A stretch of DNA of 64,000 nt, from contig NC_042998.1 of assembly GCF_006345805.1 (NCBI RefSeq), positions 147,312,001 through 147,376,000 of the forward strand, given 5' to 3'. The position numbers were made by a program, and so were the translations under genes. The notes below the pieces were generated by a model. It made no database searches and had not been told where the DNA came from. It saw only the letters and a list, made by a program, of their open reading frames with translations. Position 1 is the first letter of the stretch, and every line of letters begins with the position of its first letter. Below, one piece after another: positions 49,938-62,809 of this stretch. The DNA is from Octopus sinensis (Eukaryota).

Positions 49938-49984
49938 TATAAACAAAAATTATCTATATGTATATACACATATATATAGAAAGT

Positions 49985-50288
49985 GACCCCTTTCGGTTAT
50001 GACTATGGGATTGCACCTAGGAAGTGACCCTCCCAGGCACAACTCCGGGCAAGGTTGTTTCTGCAAGAGTAGCAGTCGCCTATGCATCTCCACGCCACCA
50101 GTGTTATCCAAGGAAAAGGCAAAGGGGCCGATACAGCTTGGCACCTGTGACGTCGCAACTCATTTCTACAGCTGAGTGAACTGGAACAACGTGAAATAAA
50201 GTGTCTTGCTCAAGAACACAACACGCAGCTCGGTCCGGGATTCGAACTCACAACCTCACGATCGTCTGCTCGACGCTCTAACCACTGC
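49985..50288 (-). mobile_element. SINE family C
   Basis: Homologous to 572-808. Confidence 0.88.
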
Positions 50289-50292
50289 GTAT

Positions 50293-50326
<34 letters not shown>

Positions 50327-51490
50327 GTATGTATGTGTGTGTGTGTGTGTGTGTGTATAGAGAGAGAGGGGGGGAGAGAGAGAGATAAAGAGAGCACCTT
50401 GTGATAGACTTGAACTCAATAAGTAGGAAGATGAGGCGCAAAGCTTCAAAACTTTGAGTGCGACTCTCTACCGTTCAAATAATGTCTGTAATGTAGCAGA
50501 GAATTTGGCACTGAGTGAGAAGAATCTGTTGCCGTAGATTTCCTTCAGGTAAGATACATTCTTTTGATACATTCGTCACTGCCGAAATACTTATGCTACT
50601 GACGTACAGACACCTAGTTTTGTAGTAAGAGGTGTTCGGCTAATTATCGTGAGGTCGAAGGTTTAATTTAGAAACCAGATATTGTTGAGTTTCAGCAAGG
50701 TACTTCATTTTCACGTTATTATTAAACGTTTGTACCAGTGACACGGGATATGGTGGGGGTTAATCCTGCGATACACTGGCAGAGTGGGGAGTCTTGTGCT
50801 CCCAACCCAAACGCCTTGAAATTCAGAATAAGCTTCTGTTTTACGAGCCTGCTGTGTTAATACTGACTTCAGCTATTGTTTCCAGCACTGAGTTGTACTT
50901 CCGTGAAAGAGCCTCTACATGCTTACTTGATGTGCTATGAATAGCAGTAAAATCGCCCTCAAATCATCTATACAGTTTTACAATAAGAACTTATTGGGTA
51001 ATGTAGTCCTTAATAAACATTCACTGAGAATCAATAGGTTGATAATGGTTGGAACTTCTTTGATCATAAATCTGTTTAGCCAGAGATAATCTTGAATGAA
51101 GCAATAGCAACAACAACAATTATTTGTGATATTTAATTGGCGCAAGCTTTCCAATTCGACCAATCGAAGAATTTTTTTTGCCCTAGTAACTTATAGAGAC
51201 CCTTCCCACAATCCTCAACAAACAAGGAGTCTTCTCGGTGGTCAATCGATCTGCTAAAAATAGCTGCCACAAGCATCATCAAAAAAATTGAAAGAACAAA
51301 AACAAAACACAAAAAACAAAAAACCGGACACATTTGAATAATGGACTCCTGGATGGGCTACTCTGAAAAGCAAGAAACGCCTTTGATGATTTGTCCACTC
51401 AGTCAGAGTGAACCAGGTACCAAACAACAACAGATTTTACCACCCCCCACCAAAAGTATCACTTTGTGTGTGGACGTGTATATAAATGTG

Positions 51491-51564
<74 letters not shown>

Positions 51565-51844
51565 GCACGTGCACTCACATTATTACCCTTGGCCTTCAGT
51601 TAAAACAGAAGCATTATTTAGAATTTTAATGATGAGCGCTAAAACTGTTATGATATGGCGGTTAGTCTGCTACACAAATGAAACATGCGTTATTCACGTG
51701 GGTAAATGGGAAGCAAGGCTCAAATATTGATAAAATACTGTAATGGCGCTTGTCTAATAATGGAAAGACGCTGATAACAACCATACTATTCTTATCTCTC
51801 ATTACACCCCACCTCTCCCTTTTATTCTCTTTTTCTCCTTTCCT

Positions 51845-51999
<155 letters not shown>

Positions 52000-52059
52000 C
52001 CAGAATCCGTTGATTAAATAGAATTTCTTTTCTCGTTACAAATTATACATGATGGAAAC

Positions 52060-52495
52060 TTAATATGATGATTATGGTAATGGTGGTGGTGGTGTTGGTA
52101 GTTGTGGTGGTAGTGGTAGTGGTGGTGGTAGTGGTGACGGTGGCAGCGGTGTCCGTGCTTCATGGTGGTTGTAATAGCTGTGGTGATGGTGATGGTGGTA
52201 GTGGTGGTGGTGTTGGGAATGTTGGCGGGAATGTTAGTGGAGGCTGTGGTGGATGTGGTTGTAGTCTTGATGTCTGTAGTAGTAATGGTGGTGACCGTGG
52301 TCCTGATGGTTGTGGTGGTAGTGGTGATGGTGGTGACGGTAGTAGTGTTGGTAGTGGTGATGGCGGCGATTGTGGTTATGTTAATGGTTTTAGAGAATTG
52401 TGGTAATTCGCTGGGATTATAGGTGCACGTGCACTCGTAGTAACGGTGGTAGTAGTAGTGGTGGTGATAGTAACGACGACGACGACGACGACGAC

Positions 52496-52535
<40 letters not shown>

Positions 52536-52976
52536 TTTGTAGTGGTGACGGTTGTAGTAATGGTAGTGTTGGTGGTGTTTGTCTAGTTGTAATAGCAGTA
52601 AAGGAAGGCAATTGAAGATACCAATGCAATTAGGGAGAAATGTTGAAATCGTTGTGATGACGGATGGGGTGTTGTTGTTGTTGTGTTGTTGTTGTTGAAG
52701 ATGGTGACAATGTTGTTATTGTTGATGTTGCTGTTGTTGCTGATGTTGATTTTGTTCTTGCTTATGTCGTTGTTCTGTATAGCCTTAAATCAACCCCACT
52801 GCGCAGACATAAGATCAAACACGTCTTCCATCTATGACCATCCAGCCTTGTCCAATGTCTATTATTAAGAACGTAGGATGTGTTTTGAAGGAGATTTGGT
52901 TGCTATTTCTAGTTAGTCGAGGAACTACTTAGAGGTAGCCTTGTAGTAGTAGCAGCAGCAATAGTAGTAGTAGTAA

Positions 52977-53012
<36 letters not shown>

Positions 53013-53025
53013 AAGTAGTAGCAGA

Positions 53026-53082
<57 letters not shown>

Positions 53083-53398
53083 TGTTATTTTTCATAGTCA
53101 GTGTTGACGTTAAGTTTAGTGATGGTGGTGAGTTTAATGTTAACTGGAGATGATAGCTAGAGATGCAAGATTCTTGCGATGATATTAGAGATAAAACAAA
53201 AATGGTGGTGGTGACGGTGATGGTGATGGTGATGGTGATGGTGAAGGTATTTATGGTGATAGTGGTGGTGGTGGTGGTGGTGGTGGTGGTGAAAGTTTAG
53301 CTGCTGTTATTTGTTGATGGTTGTCAGTTTGTCAGTGGTTGCAATTGTTGGCACCCCAGTCTTGATGGAATTATGGCTAGATAATGATGATGATGATA

Positions 53399-53435
<37 letters not shown>

Positions 53436-53500
53436 TGATGATGGTGTTGATGATATGATGGTGATGATGATGTTGATGATAGAGGTGATGATGGTGTTGA
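52060..53500. repeat. Trinucleotide low-complexity block (GGT, GAT, GAC, GTT, GTA, GCA)
   Basis: Directly visible. The poly-V/G/D/L ORFs here are artefacts. Confidence 0.93.
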
Positions 53501-53756
53501 TGATAAGGTGGATAGTCTACGGCCGACTAAACCAAAGATGCGATTCAAAGACCAGCTGAATTTCGCTTGCAAAAAAAATTAACATTAACATTTGCCGAGT
53601 GAAAAAATTCGCCACCCTCCATTCACTTTGGAAGTCTCACTCTTTAAAACGGCATTGAAAATATGGAGGACATACGCACTCAGTAGCACCACACGAAACT
53701 AGCAAAGACGCCTACTCTGCTACTGAAGAAGCTACACAGAACTTTCATCGGCCACA

Positions 53757-53980
53757 AACCCTTTATCAGTCAGATTACTCTGTCAAATATAATGCGTATT
53801 TATCCATTGTTTAAATTAATCATGCATTATCGCATAGCTTCAAAATTTCGATGATGTAATTGCATATTTTTTAGAATTGCCTTTTGGGATAGGTATGAGA
53901 GACCGAGTTTGGCCAGTTTGGACATTAAACAGGTAGAATATTTGAGATTGATATGGCCGGTTTAAATGCTAAAAGGTTAA
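53757..53980. mobile_element. piggyBac-type MITE
   Basis: The ends AACCCTTTA.CA.TCAGAT and TTTAAATGCTAAAAGGTTAA resemble TTAA-CCCTTT termini. About 220 bp, non-coding. Confidence 0.6.
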
Positions 53981-54009
53981 ATCTTCATTGATACATGAAA
54001 TACAAGGAT

Positions 54010-54335
54010 GTGGAGAAAAGCCTGTGTTTGATCAGGCAAAAAGGTTCGCTCTTCAACATCAAACCATTCCTAAACGTGAGTTTGATGTAGCTTAGCTAAA
54101 AGTCCGTCACTCTTTAAATTACTAATAGTCTGCACTCCATGTGGAAGCTAACAAGAGACTAAAAGGTTGGGTACCATTAGGGAGTCTGTCGAGTCTTAAA
54201 CAGAATCACAATAACTGACAGATACCCACTGCCAAAAATACATGAGTTTACAGCTCAATTGAACGGAAAATAGACATTTGCCAATGTTGACCTTGTACAA
54301 GTTTAGATATTTGTTCATCTAAAGGATGTATACGG
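54010..54335 (+). pseudogene. Ty3/Gypsy reverse transcriptase remnant
   Basis: PVFDQAKRFA..KREFD, ALHV and LNRITITDRYPLPKIHEFTAQLNGK*TFANVDLV match the Gypsy RT N-terminal motifs. Confidence 0.8.
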
Positions 54336-55559
54336 GACCATCAATTGTGAGCCTAACAAACGAATTACGTACACACTTCTTCACATCTAAACTGTTGCAA
54401 GAGAAATAAATGAACTGTGATAAAATATCAGAATATCTAAATGATTATCTGCACCTTGACGCGTAACGATTACTGCAAGGTCGAAACATTGCTGTTTACA
54501 TTGTAACATCACAAACATCTTCTTTATTATTAAATATTGCAATGAGAATCTGATTCTGTTGGATCAAACGAGGGACATTTGGCATACAAAGTCTCTCCAA
54601 ATGTTGAATATAACGGCCAATAATGTAGCGCAGTCATCATCATCATCGTCGTCGTCATCAAATATGTCATTCCTCTCCTCATTTACGTGCATTAAGATAC
54701 TTAAAGCGTGAAAATACTACAATCACACCGAACTCCATATACTACTGTATGATGTGTGTGTGTGTGTGTGTGTGTGCGTGTGTGTGTGTGTGTGTGTATA
54801 GATGTATTAGCAAATCCATGAACAAAAAATTACAAGAAAAATCAACAAGTCAAATGGACGTACAGATTGAATATATTAGTCTGTATGTATGCATGTGTGC
54901 ACTCAAACTACATACATACACACGCATACACTCACAGTTGCATACATACTCAGTTACATGTATGCACACACGCCATACTACTATGGTGTAACAGTTCAGC
55001 TCTTTTTAATCTATAAAAATGTCGACAAGAGAAATCTGACGGGATGGTCAGCATTTAATCACGGAACTTCTCTGTCAGGGCTAATTTGGTGTTAAACAAC
55101 TATTATTCTTGAAATCAGTAAAAGCTTCTTGAAAAACCTTGTAATAATAGAAGGAGGTATGACTGTGTGGTTAAGAAAATCGCTTCTCAAACACATGGTT
55201 TCGGGTTCAGGCCCATCGCTCAACACCTTGGCCAAGGGCACTTCGATGCTTTTGGGGTGAATTTGCATGAAAATATATTGCATATAAAACCATGAGTAAG
55301 CTACTAATGTCTAATGTTGTGATTTGTAAATTCGACTGCAAATGAAAATGTACTTATTACATGCTAAACTTCTGGAATATCTTACACATTCTATTAATGG
55401 ATTGTAATTGAAATTAATGGATTGTAATTGAAATTTTCTAATTAGTAGTTCTCGTTCGGATTTTCAAAAGCTCAACTGCACAACAAAGTTACATGTTCCA
55501 TTTATCCCTTCATCTGAAGACCTGTCGCAGAAACTTCTTGACTGTATATCCCGAGTCAT

Positions 55560-55880
55560 CAACCAGGGAATACCATGCCAGAAGTCCCTTTTTTTCTCTT
55601 ATGGTGTTATCTTTATCATGTATGCAGACTTGACCAAAGAATGCTCTTCGACACTTGGTGCTTAGTGAATGCTATCGAATGGATATAATGCAATGTCGCA
55701 TTCAAAAGTTGTTTGAATCGATGTTAAATCACTACTGCCTCGGTTCCATTTTAAGTTGAGACGATCTAAATCACTGTGGATGAAGAAATATTTTGTGTTG
55801 TGTAAAGTTTCAATATCAACGGATCTCTTCTAATGCCTAATGGAACATTTATTCCCATACCAAAAAATGTTGGTTTGGTA
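55560..55880 (-). mobile_element. Third R4/Dong-like fragment
   Basis: HSDLDRLNLK..GSSDLTSIQTTFEC. DNA is similar to 23270-23520 (TCGACACTTGGTG, CATTCAAAAG, ATCGATGTTAA). Confidence 0.7.
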
Positions 55881-56289
55881 CTTATGAACATATTACAGCT
55901 GATGACAGAATTTGCTACAGCCAAATATATTTTATCCGAGTGTTATAGTAATTGTTTATTACTATGCATTGTATCCATCTCATTTCGCAGAACCGCTAAG
56001 TATAAAGTTCTATCATCAGCTATATTTTCACCAATGTCATTCATAGAACTTAAGAGGAATTGAACACAAGTTGTATGCATTTTTACGGGTTTTATGCTGG
56101 TCCTGTATGTTATCTTCAGGAGTTTCGTCCTTGATTTATGTTAATTTTATTTGAATCTGATTCAGACAAAATGAATAATACCATTTTTTTTTATTAGCTA
56201 CAAAACCAATTTTTGTAAATGATGCCGTGCTGTTTATTGAGTTCTTCTCCAGTGTATAATTGGTACTTAACATGGACATAAAACAAAAT

Positions 56290-56906
56290 AAAACCAACCC
56301 CGGCTGGGATCGAAACCCGGAATAATTTTACTGAGTTAAATCAGTGTTCTACTACTGCGATTATTTTCCCCTTGTTCCTCGAGATTTTGATTGACTTCGC
56401 CCGTAGAATTTGATCTCAGAAACGTAATGGCACAGAACTAAATATTGTTGTGAATTCCTCTGGAGACGTCTCTTTGAATAATCAAACAGAAGATTTCAAT
56501 ATATGTTCACCAGTCTATCTGGCTGTTACAAATTGAAGTCAGATAAACTGGGAATGTTATATGCGACATATCAACGTCTTTTCCAAGCGAAAAAATTTTT
56601 TCTCTCGTTTCACAGAATTGGCTTCAAAGTCATTCGGCATTTAGTGCAAATGTTATATACATTTTTAAATGGAACCTGTTTACGGCTAAGTAGGCTTAGC
56701 CCAATACAAAGAACAACGCTTATAATCATGTACGAGTTGAGGACAATACATTGACAAACAGACAGGCACTACAGTACTCTTGTAGGCTTTGTACAACTTC
56801 TAAGTTACTGTACAGCATTGTCCTGTAATACAAATGCAAATTGATATATGTAAGCACATGAAATAACAACAACAACAACAAAAACAACAACAACAACAAC
56901 AACAAC

Positions 56907-56938
<32 letters not shown>

Positions 56939-57404
56939 TTCAACTGAGCTGTATTAAATGGAATTATTTGTCCAATGCAAGGATAAACATGCTGTCACAA
57001 TGCCTACTGACCTCAGTTAATAAGTAAACATCGCTGTAATAAATCAGTCAGTTTCACTATTATCTAAGCATGTGATCAACTATGCCTTCTTGAAAGAAAA
57101 GAGAAAAGCGAAGTCGCAGTTATAGAAAACCTATAAACCGCCATGTTACGTGATAAAATTTAAAATGTATTCATATTTTATTGCATAATATGAATGGTAA
57201 ATAACCACAAATTTGTAAAGTATGCAAAGGGAAGAGTTGGCGCTAACAAAGAAGCAAATTAAATAACAGTATTTAGCTTGGTGCCTTACATTTCTGAGAT
57301 AAAATTCTATTGATAAAGTCAATCAAGATTAGTCTTTAGTCTCGAGAAACAGGGGAAGACAACTGCGATAGTAGAACACTGATTTAACTCAGGGAAATAA
57401 TTAT
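56290..57404. repeat. Divergent inverted pair of tRNA-like modules about 0.9 kb apart
   Basis: 56322-56397 versus 57316-57404 share TAGTAGAACACTGATTTAACTCAG, CTCGAG and AAGTCAATCAA. The left copy continues into B box GTTTCGATCCC. Confidence 0.75.
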
Positions 57405-57499
57405 TTTTCCCTTTATATTGCAAACTTTTCACTGTTTAACAAAAGGTTAGAATGTTTAACCAAGGCATCTTGAGCTGAGTATGACACATATGTTTACTC

Positions 57500-58140
57500 C
57501 TTTACTTCCACGCATGACTGAACCCTAAACAACAACAAAATTCTCACAGCAATCCAAAATAGATAATCTTCCCCATACCGTTCTATCTTTCTATTAATAC
57601 CCTATGAATACTTACTTTCCCCCTACCCTCCTCTATTCACTCCTTCCTACATAACTACGTCCTTCACCTTACCCAAATATCATTATCAACCATACCTCTC
57701 CGCTGATCAAAAACAATCTATCAAATATTATATAAAAGCATAAAGATCTCTTTTACTTCTAAACCTGACTGAATCCTAAACAATAACAAAATTCTCACAG
57801 CAATCCAAAATATAACTCTTCACCATACCTTTCCATTGGTCTACACTCTAAAAACACACATTTTCTTTTTGACCTCCATTTACCCTCTTTCTACACAACT
57901 GCATTACCTGTCAGGCTACAATCATAATCAATCACATTACTTCACCTATCAAAGCACAACCTGTCAAGGACTGTATGAAAGCGAAAAGAATCAAAGTAAA
58001 TCACAGTCTGATGAAGGCAAGCAAGCAGAAACTTCGAAGCTCTGTTAACCTTTTCAATGTAAGAGTTAATATATATGTACTCTACTAAAAATTATTGTGT
58101 GATCACTCTGTTTTGACATGAAAACAAACATTAATACACA
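57500..58140 (+). mobile_element. Penelope pLTR-like element with an internal duplication and a degenerate hammerhead
   Basis: TGACTGAA.CCTAAACAA.AACAAAATTCTCACAGCAATCCAAAATA occurs twice (about 57515 and 57765). ACAGT-CTGATGA-AGGCAAGCAAGCA-GAAAC-TTCGAAGC-TCTGT at 58003-58045. Confidence 0.55.
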
Positions 58141-58742
58141 CGCAGACTGGAGAAGTCAGTTAAGCGAGATATATATTAGTTGAAGCTGATCAAGTACAAG
58201 ATTTTAGATATAGAAGAATAAGCAACTGGAGGATATCCTTGGTATGGCCGATAGAAAGAGAAAAACGTAAGCTCGTCTTTAATAAAAGGCTTTGGTTTGA
58301 AATTCCAAGAGATTTATTGAATATGATAGACGCCAAGGTAGACCGTGGGAGTATAAGCGGTTGGACCATCGCGACTCTAACCGAGTGCACCGGTCCTAAT
58401 ATATTAATGCGCAACAGGTACTTAACTGATGTTGCAATACATGCATATATATATATGTATTTGTTTGTATATGCGTGTGATTGAATATGTATGATGATTC
58501 TTTCACGTATCACGATGATAAAAACAATACTGTTTCTGCTATAGTAAACTGAAATGCTATTATCAAAAGTTAATTTTCAACGAGTAATTAACTAATGTAT
58601 TTTACAAAGAATGTCACAATCGAAAAGCTCGGGAGTCGGTAGCAAAACAATGATATGACTAATAATGATAATAATGACTGTAGCAATAGTAATAAAAATA
58701 ATAATGACTATTATTATTGCTGTTATTATTACTGTTATCATT

Positions 58743-59552
58743 AAGGCGGCGAGCTGGCAGAATCGTTAGCTCGCCGGGCGAAATGCTTAGCGGTATTTCT
58801 TCTGGCGCTAAGTTCTGAGTTCCTTTCGGGGTCGATTAAATAAGTACCAGTTACGCACTGGGGTCGATATAGGCACAAGGCCTCAAATTTGGTGGGGAGG
58901 GGTTTAGTCGATTATATCGACTCCAGTGCACAACCCCGAAAGGATGAACGGCAAAGTCGACCTCGGCGGAATTTGGACTCAGAACATGAAGACAGACGAA
59001 ATACCTATTTCTTTACTGCCCACAAGGGGCTACACACAGGGGACAAACAAGGACAGGCAAACGGATTAAGTCGATTATATCGACCCCAGTGCGTAACTGG
59101 TACTTATTTAATCGACCCCGAAAGGATGAACGGCAAAGTTGACCTCGGCGGAATTATTGTTTCGAAAGCGGCGAGCTTGCAGAATCGTTAGCACGCCGGG
59201 CGAAATGCGTAGCGGTATTTCTTCTGCGTTACGTTGTGAGTTCAAATTCCGCCGAGGTCGACTTTGCCTTTCATCCTTTCGGATGAACTTAGCGCCAGAA
59301 GAAATACCTATTTCTTTATTACCCACAAGGGGCTAAACATAGAGAGGACAAGCAAGGACAGACATAGGTATTAAGTCGATTACATCGACCCCAGTGCGTA
59401 ACTGGTACTTAATTTATCGACCCCGAAAGGATGAAAGGCAAAGTCGACCTCGGCGGAATTTGAACTCACAACGTAACGGCAGACGAAATACCGCTACGCA
59501 TTTCGCCCGGCGTGCTAACGATTCTGCAAGCTCGCCGCTTTCGAAACAATAA
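58743..59552. mobile_element. Cluster of tandem and inverted SINE family A segments
   Basis: Plus copy from 58743, minus units about 58930-59152, plus copy 59165-59282 and minus copy 59285-59541. Confidence 0.9.
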
Positions 59553-59899
59553 CTTTTTCTCACTCCAGAAGAATTAGGTGGAAATTTAAAAAAGAAAATT
59601 TCAAGGTCATCTTGTCAGTTATCTAGAACGATAAAACAACAATGTCGATATAAATGAACCCATTATCTGATTGCTACTTTATGTTATCGACCCGTAAAGG
59701 ATGAAAACTAAAACTGACCTCGTTGGGGTGTAAATTCAGGTTGTAATAATCCAGAAGAAATACCGCAAGACATTCCAACGCCCTAACGATTGTGACAACC
59801 CAACGTTGTAAGCACAATGATTACAAAGATGTTGAGACGTCACACCTCCGGTACTACAGACATATGGTTGGAATGTCGCTGGAAAAAATCGCCAGACAG

Positions 59900-60460
59900 A
59901 TTCCTTAAGTCGAGCCAATCGGCAGGAGATTTAGGGGATAGAGTGAGAATGAGATGGTTGCATAATATCCATAGTTTCAGTTGGTCATGCTCAGGAATCC
60001 ATCCGGAAAATGAAGGTTGCTTCTGATAGCACTCTATGGAGGAAGTGTCCAAGGACTCTACTCCAACGGCCATCCCGAGAGTAGTGGGAAGAGAAAACAG
60101 ATGGATGGATAATGGTTTTAACATACACACTACCAGGTACTGATGTCATCACTTGCATCTGTCTTTCATTAAATATTCAACATTGCAACAACATATTTCT
60201 CTATCCTTATCCTCTACTCCAAGTAGAACTAGCTGTTCAAGCCATGGCCGGAGATACAGTGTCTTGTCCTCAACCTTATCAAAGGAAGCCACCAATATAA
60301 CCTTTGTCACTATAACTGTGAAAACCTGGCTGCCCCTCTCCTTGCCAAATAACATCGCTGAGTAGAGTTTCACGAGAGACTCCGCTAACAGCTGGATCCA
60401 ATCCCAACCTTCCGACACGCTAACCTTCTGAGGATAGATCCAATCCACATACCAGCAATA
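59900..60460 (-). pseudogene. Highly decayed L1/Tx1-like reverse transcriptase remnant
   Basis: SFDKVE (cf. AFDRV) and ASDDI (cf. YADD) appear in the expected order on the minus strand. The match is weak. Confidence 0.35.
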
Positions 60461-61009
60461 CAGAGGGTCGAATGCGTGGAGAACGATTCCCTTGTTCTCT
60501 GCGCATGTCTACTAATCCTTCCCCTCCCCAACATCTTGCTTTCCCTTTACTCTTCTTTACTTGATGTCTTCACCTGTTTTCTTTTGTTTTCTTTTTGCCT
60601 TGTTTGAGGTACTGACTCTTTCTACCTTTCTTCTCTAATTCTCAACTCAACCACCTCACTACCCCACTTCATGTATCTAGCATCTCCGACTTCTGACCAT
60701 CTCACATTAACTCTCTTTCTCTCTCATATTAAAATATTCTACTTCTTTATTGTCCTAATATCTTAAGTACCCTAATGTTTTAAGGCAAACACTGTCAAAA
60801 ACTCTACTGATTTCCATAATTTTAAGAAAACGTAGTTTGATTGTTTACTGCTATTTGTTAGATAACACTTTGACCTATAAATGTCAAATACTTTCAGTAT
60901 GACTATATAGAGATATCAAATAGATTAATTATCTATAGGTGTCAACTGGAGAAACCGGTGAGATCAAGTTAAATACAAAGAGGAATCTATTGTCATATGA
61001 CAGGTTAGT

Positions 61010-61540
61010 CTCAAAGGTCCATGGCCCTTCTAGTTGATGAGACACATGTACAAATACCGGAATCCCCGAATCCCTTGAACAAATGAATCGAGAGTATTAT
61101 GAACACATTGTCGGCGTAAAAAGAAGGCGATGTTCTCCTGCAACGCACACAGCAGTGATTAGCATATTTGAATTCGAATCAGACGAGACGCATTAAGACC
61201 AATATGCAAGTAATCCTTTCAGGTCTCGCTGTTCATAATACAAATAACGATTATTACCGGTTAGCAGATATCAGTACTGATCAGGGAACAGTTTGTTCAC
61301 TGAAATTATTAACAAAATCATCGGCTCTTGTTTAAATTCAAAGGTCCGGTGTGCCTGACTGATGAGACACTACATACCAAAACACGGGTATCCCGGAATC
61401 CCTTGCATCAATGAGTTGAGTGTATTATGTGCACATTGTCGTCGTAAAAGCGGTGAAACAGTTCTCGGGCGATATACACAATAGCTATTAGCACATTTAG
61501 ATTAGAATCTGCTGGGGCGTATTAAGAATATGAAAATCAT
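61010..61540 (+). repeat. Diverged tandem duplication (period about 325 bp), possibly Merlin/ISXO2-like transposase remnants
   Basis: CAAAGGTCC, TGATGAGACAC, GAATCCCTTG, GTATTATG..CACATTGTCG.CGTAAAA and ATTAGCA.ATTT each occur twice. The translation gives KGP..(V/T)DET. Confidence 0.6.
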
Positions 61541-61739
61541 CGTGCCATATGGCGTTTATTTAAAATTATAATTCACATTCGAAACAATAACGATATTTTG
61601 AGTTCTATTTTCCAACCTTTCTCCTTTAGAAAATGGGTAACTCATCACATTCAATTTAATTAATATGTATGTTAATTACGTAATTATATAAATGATAGTA
61701 TTTTAATCTATCTATTGAAACAGGTGTAGAGAACAATTA

Positions 61740-62562
61740 CGAGGGTCAGCTGAAAAGTTCATAGGCCGATCAAGAAACTCTCATGGATGGTGTGACCATT
61801 TTGAGGATAGTCAATGAACACAATATCTTTTACATCTCCAAAAATGGAGGCAGATGAAACGACGTTGCTTTCATAGGAGTTGGTGAGGAGAGGTGTTTCC
61901 ACTGCATAGATTGTCTCTTTGTCTCTGACTCAAAGTGATGAAGCTTGGCTTGGGAAACGTTCAAAGAAACCAGCTTGATCTGCCTTAAAGAATAGTAGAT
62001 TTTCCCGTAATCTGATCAGCATGGTGCGCTTTTGATCAGATGTCAGAAAACGTGGCACCCACCGAGCAGAAAACTTCGTCATACCAAGTTCATAGTGCAC
62101 AATATTCTCAACTCTCTTACGAGATATCCCAGTAGCATTGGCTATTTGATTTAATGTCAATTATCTGCCGTCTCTCGTGTGAACATGATCAATGTTTTCC
62201 TTGGTGGTGACAATTGTTGGACGTCCAGACCTTGGATAATTATTAAGACTCTACTTTCCCTTCCTGCATTCAGCTGCTCACTTTTGCACTGTTGATAAAG
62301 CTGGTGTGTCATCCCGTAGTGTATCAACCATAACAGCTAATCCCTTTTTCTGCTGGTATTGATACCATCACGATGCCAAATTTTGTCCATTTTTAAGAGA
62401 AGTCGCTACTAGTTATTTTTGAAGTAACTAGTAAATGTCAGTTTAGCTGGAAAGAAACAATGCAGTTATTTATAAGAAGAGTTGAAATAATGCATGCAAG
62501 ACTCCACATGTAAGACTTCTAACATCACTTCTTCATAGAAAGAACTTTTCAGTCCACTGTCG
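61740..62562 (-). mobile_element. Internally deleted mariner (irritans-like)
   Basis: Ends TA-CGAGGGTCAGCTGAAAAGTTC and GAACTTTTCAGTCCACTGTCG-TA. Peptides MDKIWHR, RSGRPT and LGMTKFSARWVPRFLT. Confidence 0.9.
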
Positions 62563-62809
62563 TAAATTATGAGTCATCTGTGAAACTTACGCTCTTCAGT
62601 GGTTGCTCTTGTTGCTCCCAACTATCATTTTAGCCTATTGTGCACGCGTGTGAAGATAAACAGAAAGGTAGGTAGATAGATATATGTATATATTTATTTA
62701 TAACTGCTGCTGCTGCTAATGATGAAGATTAGTGGTTGAAAATAAATATATAAAACAAACGTAGAAAAAAAATGAAAAATCTAATAATAATTTAACATTA
62801 CTTGAAAAG

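Noticed and set aside
61359-61395. CTGATGAGAC motif
   Set aside because: No GAAA or stem II follows. It is part of the tandem duplication.
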